A DNA stretch of 64,000 nt from a bacterium (GTDB taxonomy: Bacteria > Patescibacteriota > Minisyncoccia > Phycocordibacterales > UBA2100): the NCBI GenBank assembly GCA_016789445.1, contig JAEUQT010000001.1, positions 1,308 to 65,307 of the forward strand, written 5' to 3'. A model generated the notes under the pieces. It searched no databases, was not told where the DNA came from, and was given only the letters and a program-made list of their open reading frames with translations. Below are positions 56,421-64,000 of the stretch, in pieces (the first letter of the stretch is position 1; the number at the start of each line of letters is the position of its first letter). A program made the position numbers and the translations under genes.

Positions 56421-57440
56421 CTATTCCACACCCATCAGGCGCCCGACAATACCTTCCGCATGCTCTCCGTGCTCCAAAAGCCGCGGCTGGGCGTAATCAT
56501 GGATCTCTGTCGGGTGATAGGTTATGGCGGATACCCCCTCTTTGGTGAATACGATCTTCAGGACGAGGCCGTCACGAGTCTCTTGCGACCACATCTGATC
56601 GAATATGAAATTCCCGAGGCTGTAGAAGATGTATTTACCCTTGTATTCCTCCCGTGTCTGCACGACATGCGGATGATGGCCGATGACGATCTCCGCTCCC
56701 GCATCGATCGCGGCTCGGGCAAACGAGGTCTGCGAGTCATTCGGGAAGAGCTCATATTCCGTACCGGAATGCATGGAGACTATGACGATGTCGGCGAACT
56801 GTTTCGCTCCTTTCACCGCCGTCTGCATACGGTCGATACGCATGAATGCCGTGCCGAGGCGAGTCTCCCCTGCCTCATACGAGGCGGGAACCACGTCGTC
56901 GTCGTTATAGGCAAGGAACGCGAACCGGATACCGTTAACCGTGACGAATTTAGGCTGATGCGCCTGTATATCGGTACCGGCACCGACATGGACGATTCCT
57001 GCATCATCCAGGTAATGCATCGTGTCCTCTAGCCCCGTTTCGCCGAAATTAGGGGTGTGATTATTGGCGAGCGAAAGGACATCGAATCCGGCATCACGCA
57101 GAGCCTCCGCCGATTCGGGGTCGGCACGGAAGGACATCTCGAATGGCTGGACTTCCGGCCCCGGAGTGACGCTCGTCTCGAGATTGCCGAAGGTTATGTC
57201 TGCGGAACGCAGGAATTCGCTTGTACTCGCAAACGGATAGTCATACCCGTACTGCCGCATACGCTTCGCGACCGCGCGCGAGAGCATCATGTCTCCTACG
57301 GCGATCATCGTGACTTCCGCCGGCGGCTCGGGCTTCACATACTCCATCACCCGCACCGGCAATTCCGGTCCGGTTATGGGGGCAATACCAAGGACGAGTC
57401 CGGCAAGGATGAATGGTATGAAGCGGCGCATTCCGCTCAT
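56421..57440 (-). CDS. CapA/PgsA-family metallophosphatase (poly-gamma-glutamate capsule biosynthesis protein-like)
   Basis: Signal anchor, then ...DITFGNLET...DIVIVSMHSGTEY...VIGHHPHV..., which are CapA family motifs. Confidence 0.75.
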   Translation of the reverse strand: MSGMRRFIPFILAGLVLGIAPITGPELPVRVMEYVKPEPPAEVTMIAVGDMMLSRAVAKRMRQYGYDYPFASTSEFLRSADITFGNLETSVTPGPEVQPFEMSFRADPESAEALRDAGFDVLSLANNHTPNFGETGLEDTMHYLDDAGIVHVGAGTDIQAHQPKFVTVNGIRFAFLAYNDDDVVPASYEAGETRLGTAFMRIDRMQTAVKGAKQFADIVIVSMHSGTEYELFPNDSQTSFARAAIDAGAEIVIGHHPHVVQTREEYKGKYIFYSLGNFIFDQMWSQETRDGLVLKIVFTKEGVSAITYHPTEIHDYAQPRLLEHGEHAEGIVGRLMGVE

Positions 57441-57462
57441 TCAAGCATGAAAATTATGTGTG

Positions 57463-57534
57463 TGCTCCCGGCCAGAATCGAACTGACATCAAACCATTAG
57501 GAACGGTTCGTTCTATCCATTGAACTACGGGAGC
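57463..57534 (-). tRNA. tRNA-Arg (anticodon CCT)
   Basis: Reverse complement reads GCTCCCG-TA-GTTCAATGGATAGAAC-G-AACCGTTCCTAATGGTT-TGATG-TCAGTTCGATTCTGG-CCGGGAGC-A. Confidence 0.8.
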
Positions 57535-58180
57535 TGTGCTCCAGCATCTTATCAGCAATCGTTTTAAAGAGGCAATGAACCAGTTTTAACTGGTACGAGC
57601 CTTTCCGTAACGTGATTCGGCACATCCCATATTGGGTATGGCTCTTATTATGTTTATCGTTATGGTTGATACGTATCTGAGATACCGAGACCTCCGCCAC
57701 AGCGGCCCAATGCTTGCGACAGGATTCCGGATTCATAGGTACACACGTCCGTATCATAAAATCAAGATCGGAATTCTTGACACAAAGAAAGTCCCGAAGC
57801 ATTGAAAGGAAGACTTTTATCATGCGCTCATCCGTATTCGTGAAAACAAAGCTGCTTTTGGTACCCTCTGCCCAATATAGTGCCGCATAGAGCGCTGGCC
57901 ATACCGCAGTCGGCTGTATATTTTTCAGTATTAACTGCGCCTCCTCTTCGGCACGTTTCCACTCTCGCATCTTTTCAGCCTTGCTCCCTCCCAAGTACGC
58001 CCGAATTTCTTTTCTAATCTCCGGCGCTAGCTCGACTTCTCTCACGTGATGCCAAACGTTCGTCTTTGACATCTGGTACTTTGCAACTAATTGCGATAGC
58101 GAATGGCCTTTCGCTCGATCCTGCTTAAGTGAGGCAATAGTTTCAGCAGAATACCTACGCATTATTAAATAATAGAACAA
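57497..58180 (-). CDS. Hypothetical protein with N-terminal helix-turn-helix; the remainder is weakly reminiscent of a LAGLIDADG-type fold (speculative)
   Basis: N-terminal SAETIASLKQDRAKGHSLSQLVAKYQMSKTNVWHHVREV is HTH-like. ALYWAEGTKSSFVFTNTDERMIKVFL loosely resembles LAGLIDADG blocks. GC ~45% versus ~60% for the window. The last 38 nt of the ORF overlap the 5' half of tRNA-Arg on the same strand. Confidence 0.45.
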   Translation of the reverse strand: MFYYLIMRRYSAETIASLKQDRAKGHSLSQLVAKYQMSKTNVWHHVREVELAPEIRKEIRAYLGGSKAEKMREWKRAEEEAQLILKNIQPTAVWPALYAALYWAEGTKSSFVFTNTDERMIKVFLSMLRDFLCVKNSDLDFMIRTCVPMNPESCRKHWAAVAEVSVSQIRINHNDKHNKSHTQYGMCRITLRKGSYQLKLVHCLFKTIADKMLEHSSRSSMDRTNRS

Positions 58181-58231
58181 TCGCGTACATGGACGCGTAT
58201 ACTGTTTTTATATGTGTGGATATCTGCCAAA

Positions 58232-58471
58232 TTAGAGGCTAAGAAGTCGGCGCAGCTCTTCTTCGTCGTACCCGACGATGACGTTCTCACCGATCGTGAT
58301 GACCGGCACGCCCATCTGACCGGACTTCTCGATCATCTCTTTGCGCTTCTCGACGTCTGCGGCGACGTTATGCTCGACATACTCGACGTTGTGCTCCTTG
58401 AAGAACTCTTTCGTCATACCACAGAAGTGGCACGTCGGCGTTGAATAGATGGCTACTGGTGAATTGGTCAT
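58232..58471 (-). CDS. Glutaredoxin-like protein (NrdH/Grx family)
   Basis: 79 aa with a redox CPxC motif (TCHFC) in IYSTPTCHFCGMTKEFF and a thioredoxin fold. Confidence 0.75.
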   Translation of the reverse strand: MTNSPVAIYSTPTCHFCGMTKEFFKEHNVEYVEHNVAADVEKRKEMIEKSGQMGVPVITIGENVIVGYDEEELRRLLSL

Positions 58472-58533
58472 AGAGTCATGCGCTTTACTTTTTAAAGTCG
58501 GATTATTATAGCATTTCAGTTATCCCCAGCCAT

Positions 58534-59124
58534 TTATTCGGACTTCCGAACAATTTTAGCGACCCGGTTACCGAGATGCCGCTCTCGCATCCTTTCCCCC
58601 GTATTCGCATCAGCATAGGTTCGAGTATCGAACGTCATAAAACCTATTTTAGGGACATGCGAGACAGGAATCGTGAATTCGGTCGCATCTCCGGATAGAA
58701 AAGCCAGATATATTGTTCCCTTTGTTTCTTTAATCTCCTTATTGGTCTCGATCTTCCTGCCGGTACCGTCAACGATATATACCTTTTTGCCGTCCTTGCG
58801 AGGATTCTGGACATATTCGAGCAACCTCTCGGTATATATCGCCTCGTTGTCACCTAGTCGATCAAATAAATGCTTCGGCGCATGCGCTTTGAACCAGGTG
58901 TAGTCAGGTACATATACAAGTGCCGATTGGGCATCATATTCTTTCCCCTCCACTTTCTTGTAGCGCTGAGTAGTCCCGTCCGGTAGGTAGCGATATACGG
59001 AACCTTTTACGGTCTCTACCGATGCGATATCATCGAACCCCAAGACCTCGCCCTGTGGTACTTTTTCAGGCTGGCGTTCCTGTTGAGACCTCTCGGCAAC
59101 GATTCTTCGAGGGAAGCTCTCCAT
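58534..59124 (-). CDS. Hypothetical protein (low-GC islet)
   Basis: 196-aa ORF, GC ~47%. Confidence 0.45.
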   Translation of the reverse strand: MESFPRRIVAERSQQERQPEKVPQGEVLGFDDIASVETVKGSVYRYLPDGTTQRYKKVEGKEYDAQSALVYVPDYTWFKAHAPKHLFDRLGDNEAIYTERLLEYVQNPRKDGKKVYIVDGTGRKIETNKEIKETKGTIYLAFLSGDATEFTIPVSHVPKIGFMTFDTRTYADANTGERMRERHLGNRVAKIVRKSE

Positions 59125-59165
59125 TCCGAAAGTATATCCTGAGACCGAAACCCAATCTATTCGGG

Positions 59166-59236
59166 TGCGGGATACGAGAATCGAACTCGTATCTACTGCT
59201 TGGGAAGCAGTCGTTCTACCACTAAACTAATCCCGC
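59166..59236 (-). tRNA. tRNA-Gly (anticodon CCC)
   Basis: Reverse complement reads GCGGGAT-TA-GTTTAGTGGTAGAAC-G-ACTGCTTCCCAAGCAGT-AGAT-ACGAGTTCGATTCTCGT-ATCCCGC-A. Confidence 0.85.
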
Positions 59237-59337
59237 GTTCCTATCGTGCGAATACATCCTGACAACGGCACCCGGCCCTGCTCTCATATCATCCGCCGAA
59301 ACTAATCCCGTTTCGCGCCAACTATAGCAAAGCGGAT

Positions 59338-59706
59338 TTACCACGAAAACCACCCGCGGAACTTCTGAAAACCTGTCGGTCGCGGCTCCGGCGGGGGTGC
59401 CGGCGGCTCGACGATGACCACAACACCCTCATTGTCTTTCGCGAGGTCGTATCGCTCGCGCAACTGTTCCTCCACACCGCGATCAGTGCGTAGTACCGAA
59501 ATGTCGGACCGGAGCTCGGCTTCGCGCTGCTTGAGATCGCTGAGCTTCGCCTCCGCCTCCACGCGAAGCTTCCGGGATTCCACCTCCTTCTTGTAGACCC
59601 CCCAGACACCCCGGACCCCGATCGCGAGCACTACCAAAAGACCGACAGCGGCGAGACGCCGCCACATGAAGCGGGTCGGGTCACGCCGTTGCTCATAGCG
59701 ATACAT
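59338..59706 (-). CDS. FtsB/DivIC-like septum-formation protein (TM + coiled coil)
   Basis: N-terminal TM helix (LAAVGLLVVLAIGVRGVWGV), then a heptad-rich segment (KLRVEAEAKLSDLKQREAELRSDISVLRT) and a Pro-rich tail. Confidence 0.5.
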   Translation of the reverse strand: MYRYEQRRDPTRFMWRRLAAVGLLVVLAIGVRGVWGVYKKEVESRKLRVEAEAKLSDLKQREAELRSDISVLRTDRGVEEQLRERYDLAKDNEGVVVIVEPPAPPPEPRPTGFQKFRGWFSW

Positions 59707-59891
59707 AGCCGTATAATCTTATCACCCTATGAGTTTCCTCTTTCACCGAAAGACCAAGAAGGTCTTGAACGCGATCTGGGCAGTCGTCGCAGTACTCATC
59801 ATCATCAGCATGGTACTGTTCTTCGCTCCAGGCCTCGTCGACCTCATTATCTAGGCTTTCGCCCAAAAATCTCGAATCCGCGTCGTTGCGG

Positions 59892-59990
59892 ATCACGCAT
59901 AAATCGCTGGTGCGATTTTGCGTGACCCCGCCTCGCAGCCGAGCTGCTCCGGCCTTGCGACGGGGTCCCAACCCCGCCTCACCTCTGCGT
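59892..59990 (-). repeat. Type-A structured repeat (reverse orientation) downstream of lepA
   Basis: GTCACGCATAAATCGCtggtGCGATTTTGCGTGACCCCGCCTCGCAGCcgagCTGCTCCGGCC is the reverse complement of the consensus seen at 29620-29683, with a compensatory loop change. Confidence 0.75.
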
Positions 59991-60077
59991 TGCGCTCATC
60001 GTATGCTCAAATACGCTTCGCGCAACGCTTTCTCCGCGCCTAGCGGATTCGACTTTTTGACCGAAATCCGGCAAGGA

Positions 60078-61865
60078 TTACTCTTCACCACCTTTCACGA
60101 CTTTCAGGAAAACATCGTGCGGGATGTCCACCTTGCCGCGCGCGAGCATGCGCTTCTTACCCTTCTTCTGCTTCTCGAGAAGCTTCATCTTGCGGGTGAT
60201 ATCTCCCCCGTAGAGGTAGCCGGTGACATCCTTGCGCATCGCACTCTTGCGGCGCGAAGCGACGATATGGCCATCGGATTTCGCTTGGATCTTGAGCTCG
60301 AACAACTGCTTCGGGAGCAGCTTCTCGAGCTTCTCGACGAGCGACTCCGCTTCGGTACGCACACGACGCTTCGAGACGATTCGTGCAAAGGCGGGAACCA
60401 ATTCGTCCGCAACCAGCACATCGAGACGGACGACATCGGCGGTGCGCAGACCCAACAGTTCGTATGAAAGCGACGCAAAACCGGAAGAGACGCTCTTCAG
60501 GCGGTCGAAGAATCCGCGCATCAACTCACGAAGCGGCATCTCAGCGGAGAGCTTGATCTTGCCGTCGGCCAAGGTCTCGGTCTCACCCACTACGGCTTCG
60601 TGATCGAAAAGGATCTGGGTGATGCCCCCGATATATTCAGACGGCGTGATGAGCGAGATAGCCGCCCATGGCTCACGCACCGATTTGAGCGTTCCATCGT
60701 CCGGGAAACGCGCGGGATTATAGATCTCTTCCACGCCGGTGTTCGTGGTGATCTCGTAGACCGTCGTCGGCATCGTGACGACGAGCGGGAGACTGAATTC
60801 GCGCTTCAAGCGCTCGACGATGATTTCCAAGTGGAGCATGCCGAGGAATCCGCAGCGGAATCCCTTGCCCATGACGCCGCTTGATTCTTCTTCGTAGGAG
60901 AGCGACGAATCCGAAAGTCGCAATCGTTCCAATGCTTGGCGCAACTGCACGAGATCATCTTGGGATTCCGGATACACCGATGCCCAGATGACCGGCGCCG
61001 GCTGGCGGTACCCGCCGAGTGATTCCGCCGACATACGTGCGGCGACCAACGTATCGCCGACACTCGCGATACCCGGCTTCTTGATACCGGTGACGATGTA
61101 TCCGATCTCTCCTTCACTGAGGCTCGCCCGCGGTTCTTCGTCCGGAGAGAGGATGCCGACTTCAAGCGCCGTGAATGTCGCGTTCGCCGCAGCGAGTTTC
61201 AAAGAGTCCCCCTTCGCGACGCTTCCGCCGAAAAGGCGGCAATAGATGATGACGCCGCGATGATCGGAGTACGAGAAATCATAGATGAGCGCCTGCATCT
61301 TGTCTCCTGTCGCCTGTGGTGGCGGTACACGCTTCACCACGGCATCAAGCAGCTCTTTGACGCCGAGACCCGTCTTTCCTGATGTCGCCAGGATCTCGCT
61401 CTCATCGCAATTCAGAAGCAGAGCGATCTCGCTCTTCACATCATCGACGCGCGCATGCGGCGCATCGATCTTGTTCACTACGGGGATGATCACACGATTG
61501 AGCTCTCGGGCCGTCGAAAGGACGGAGAGCGTCTGCGCTTCGATGCCCTGCGTCGCATCGACGAGAAGCACGACGCCCTCGACTGCGGAGAGCGCACGCG
61601 AGACTTCGTAGGCGAAGTCGACGTGACCCGGCGTATCGATGAGATTGAGTACGTACTCGGAGCCGTCCACCTTCCAGTTCATGCGGACCGGCTGCATCTT
61701 GATGGTGATACCGCGCTCGCGCTCAAGATCCATACGATCAAGGACCTGCGCCTTCATCTGGCGCTTCTCGATGGTGCCCGTGAGCTCGAGCATGCGGTCG
61801 GCCAGGGTCGATTTCCCGTGGTCGATGTGCGCTATGATCGAAAAGTTTCTGATATGTGAAGACAT
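60078..61865 (-). CDS. lepA: Elongation factor 4 (LepA)
   Basis: MSSHIRNFSIIAHIDHGKSTLADRMLELTG, G-domain, EF-G-like domains and the LepA C-terminal domain. 595 aa. Confidence 0.95.
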   Translation of the reverse strand: MSSHIRNFSIIAHIDHGKSTLADRMLELTGTIEKRQMKAQVLDRMDLERERGITIKMQPVRMNWKVDGSEYVLNLIDTPGHVDFAYEVSRALSAVEGVVLLVDATQGIEAQTLSVLSTARELNRVIIPVVNKIDAPHARVDDVKSEIALLLNCDESEILATSGKTGLGVKELLDAVVKRVPPPQATGDKMQALIYDFSYSDHRGVIIYCRLFGGSVAKGDSLKLAAANATFTALEVGILSPDEEPRASLSEGEIGYIVTGIKKPGIASVGDTLVAARMSAESLGGYRQPAPVIWASVYPESQDDLVQLRQALERLRLSDSSLSYEEESSGVMGKGFRCGFLGMLHLEIIVERLKREFSLPLVVTMPTTVYEITTNTGVEEIYNPARFPDDGTLKSVREPWAAISLITPSEYIGGITQILFDHEAVVGETETLADGKIKLSAEMPLRELMRGFFDRLKSVSSGFASLSYELLGLRTADVVRLDVLVADELVPAFARIVSKRRVRTEAESLVEKLEKLLPKQLFELKIQAKSDGHIVASRRKSAMRKDVTGYLYGGDITRKMKLLEKQKKGKKRMLARGKVDIPHDVFLKVVKGGEE

Positions 61866-61915
61866 ACATTACGCAGTGTACAGAAGCATGGACTTGAGAG
61901 CGCACATTGTTCGAA

Positions 61916-62003
61916 AGGGGTCGGGAAAACTGTAGTTTTCCCGTGGAGGAAGGCAGGCCGCTGTGCGGCCGTTGGAAACCGTGGGTTTCCAAGGAGCCGT
62001 GGT
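61916..62003 (+). repeat. Type-B structured repeat (copy B4) inserted between the lepA start and a duplicated lepA 5' fragment
   Basis: GAAAGGGGTCGGGAAAACtgtagGTTTTCCC-GTGGAGGAAGGCAGGCCGCtgtGCGGCC-GTTGGAAACCgtggGTTTCCAAGG. Confidence 0.75.
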
Positions 62004-62018
62004 TGCGGCGACGATGGG

Positions 62019-62054
62019 TGCAATGATCGAAAAGTTGCGGATGTGGCTGGACAC
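62019..62054 (-). pseudogene. Duplicated, diverged 5' fragment of lepA (12 codons, GTG start) fused in frame to repeat B4
   Basis: GTGTCCAGCCACATCCGCAACTTTTCGATCATTGCA encodes MSSHIRNFSIIA, identical to the LepA N-terminus, with 9 synonymous nucleotide differences from the current gene. The frame then reads through repeat B4 to a stop at 61869. Confidence 0.65.
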
Positions 62055-62093
62055 GGGCTCAGTGTGCGCTAAAAACCGCTGAAAAACAAGGTT

Positions 62094-63815
62094 TTAAGCC
62101 GTTTGTTCGGCAGAACTGACTGGTTCGACATCGCGCCAGATACGGCGCCGCAGCGCTTGGGCGTTTTCTGCGTATTCCCTGCTGCCGAGGACGAAATAGA
62201 CCAGCGTCGCCGCCATGCAGCCGATGAGGCCCGCAGCTCCGCCCTTCAGCATCACGGAGAGAAGCGTCGAAGAGAGCGTGATGTCGCCGATGATATGCAA
62301 AGTGGCATATGCCGCTGCTCCGGCCGCAAATGCAGCCGCCAGCGATTCCCCGAGTGTCCGTCCGATCTCCGAAAAGAAGGTACCGAAGCGTGCTTGGAAG
62401 TAGAGCGCGAGCGCGAGCGCACCGGCGACGGACGCAATCGCATAGGCCAATGGAAGCATCAGGATCTGGGTACCGACGAGATCTTCGACACGCAAGAATA
62501 CTTCCAGGAAATCATTCGTCCCCCCGTGCTGCACCACACTCAAGAGCTTCACCCCAAGTACGACCGTAAGAACGGCGGAGAACCCTGAGATGACGAACGG
62601 CACCAGGGTCTTTCCCGAGGCATAGCAGGCACGGATAAGAAGGAGCGAGAGACCTTGTGCGGCAAGTGAGATCACGAAGAGCGCGAGCGCCGCCGCAGTC
62701 AGGCGCGTATCGGTCCAATCGAATGCGCCGGAGCCTAGGATGGCGCGTACGATGTGCGCACGCAGCACGACGACGAGCGCGATCGCGGGGAACGACCAGA
62801 AGAGGATCTGGCGGGCCGCGATACTGAGCTGCGCCATGAAGACATCGCTCTTCCCTTTCGAGAACGCATAGGCCAGCGTCGGGAACGCGGCGGTTGCGTA
62901 ACTGGCACCGATGATCGCGAGCGGAACCCCTTGCAGGTTATAGGCGAAGGTAAATACCGAAATCGAGCCCGCAGAGAGCGTCCCCGCTAATGCCAGGAGC
63001 GCGAAGAATGCCATTTGATTCATGGAAAGCGCGAGTGCACGCGGTAGAGAAAGCCTGATCGTCTCAAGAAACGAACGCATCTCGGACAAGACCGGCATAT
63101 GTCGCAGGTAGCCATCGTACGCGATTGAAGGCAGTTGAATCACGAGGTGCGCTGCCGCACCGATGACGACGCCCCACACCAATCCGGTGAGGCCGTACGC
63201 CGGATACAACACCCACGCGCCGAAAATGATACCGAGATTGTAGACCAGAGGAGAGACCGCGTAGAGCGCGTAGCGATGCTTGAATTGTGTCACCGCTGCC
63301 GCTACGTTTGAGAACCCTAAAAGAACCGCCTGCAGCAAGAGGATGCGTGTAAGTGTGACCAATTCATCGAGAGAACCGTTCGCCACGAGGACGGGAAACG
63401 CTTTCGCGAGAAGCCATGGTGCGGCAAGCGATGCGACCGATCCTACCAAAGCGACCAAGAGACCGAATCCTGCGACCACACTGTCGAGGTAGCGACGCTG
63501 TGTCGCGCCGTCACGTCGCGCGAGCTCCGGGATCAGCATGTACGCACTCACCAATGCACCGATACCGATGAAGACCGCGTCCGGTATGCGGAACGCTGCG
63601 TAATAGATATCGAGCTGCGTTCCGGCGCCGAAGAGGTGCGCGAGCAGGCGGTCGCGCAGCAAAGCAAGCAGCGATGAGAGCAGCGATGAAAGCGCGAGGA
63701 TGTACGCGGCTGCTTGGAGGCCGCGCACTTCGGTCGTGAGGAAGGCGAAAGCCTTCCCTGCGCCGGTATAGGTCTTACGGATGGTATCTCGTCCGGAGCG
63801 CCAGAGCATCATCAT
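62094..63815 (-). CDS. murJ: Lipid II flippase MurJ (MviN family)
   Basis: 573 aa with about 14 TM helices. MurJ-like N-terminal block ...LLRDRLLAHLFGAG...DIYYAAFRIPD. Confidence 0.8.
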   Translation of the reverse strand: MMMLWRSGRDTIRKTYTGAGKAFAFLTTEVRGLQAAAYILALSSLLSSLLALLRDRLLAHLFGAGTQLDIYYAAFRIPDAVFIGIGALVSAYMLIPELARRDGATQRRYLDSVVAGFGLLVALVGSVASLAAPWLLAKAFPVLVANGSLDELVTLTRILLLQAVLLGFSNVAAAVTQFKHRYALYAVSPLVYNLGIIFGAWVLYPAYGLTGLVWGVVIGAAAHLVIQLPSIAYDGYLRHMPVLSEMRSFLETIRLSLPRALALSMNQMAFFALLALAGTLSAGSISVFTFAYNLQGVPLAIIGASYATAAFPTLAYAFSKGKSDVFMAQLSIAARQILFWSFPAIALVVVLRAHIVRAILGSGAFDWTDTRLTAAALALFVISLAAQGLSLLLIRACYASGKTLVPFVISGFSAVLTVVLGVKLLSVVQHGGTNDFLEVFLRVEDLVGTQILMLPLAYAIASVAGALALALYFQARFGTFFSEIGRTLGESLAAAFAAGAAAYATLHIIGDITLSSTLLSVMLKGGAAGLIGCMAATLVYFVLGSREYAENAQALRRRIWRDVEPVSSAEQTA

Positions 63816-63859
63816 AGAGCGTTACGATGACGCATTCTCCCATACATCACCCTCGACCG

Positions 63860-64000
63860 CTATTGCTGAGCCTGCTGTATGCCTGCAAACGGATCTTTCT
63901 TCGCCTGCACGTTCGCAACAAGCTGCGGAAGCCAGGTCTCATTCGGATTAAGCTGTGCGACACGAGTGAGGATGAGGACCGCATCTTCGGTTCGACCCAT
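63860..64000 (-). CDS. Hypothetical ORF fragment at the window edge (ATG exactly at the boundary, or 5'-truncated)
   Basis: Reverse strand reads MGRTEDAVLILTRVAQLNPNETWLPQLVANVQAKKDPFAGIQQAQQ*, with stop at 63860-63862. Confidence 0.3.
   Translation of the reverse strand: MGRTEDAVLILTRVAQLNPNETWLPQLVANVQAKKDPFAGIQQAQQ

Larger units (their letters stand above)
57535..59165. other. Low-GC islet bounded by tRNA-Arg(CCT) and tRNA-Gly(CCC); putative horizontally acquired DNA
   Basis: Three genes (HTH protein, glutaredoxin, hypothetical). The 57540-58200 segment is AT-rich (~45% GC). The first CDS overlaps the tRNA-Arg 5' half. Confidence 0.5.

Overview
This 64 kb, high-GC (~60%) window looks bacterial and gene-dense. 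It is probably from a reduced-genome lineage of the Patescibacteria/CPR type; that placement is an inference from the gene content described below. Housekeeping genes (partial topA, relA/spoT-like, parB, pyrF-pyrE, miaA, clpB, a cysteine desulfurase, short infB-rbfA, gyrA, rpsA, pth, lepB, rpsU, ybeY, ftsA-ftsZ, trxB, tsaC, tsaD, valS, lepA, murJ) are interleaved with many small membrane or secreted hypothetical proteins. I found 11 tRNA genes (Leu-CAA, Trp, Tyr, Cys, Leu-TAA, Lys, Leu-TAG, Ser-CGA, Glu, Val, Phe, Arg-CCT, Gly-CCC counted by locus below), no rRNA and no CRISPR array. The most unusual signal is a modular family of structured intergenic repeats with at least three related types. 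Their termini are conserved and their internal hairpins vary in sequence but stay complementary, several with an AGCAG loop. Some copies lie next to duplicated 5' fragments of tRNA-Cys, tRNA-Ser and the lepA coding start. Other accessory features are a six-gene operon of an extracytoplasmic protein plus five tandem TrbC/VirB2-like pilin paralogs, an alternative-oxidase-like di-iron protein, an Ig-repeat/lamin-tail secreted protein, a tail-fibre-like gene pair, and two low-GC islets bounded by tRNA genes. All calls rest on reading the sequence and the ORF track; no searches were run.
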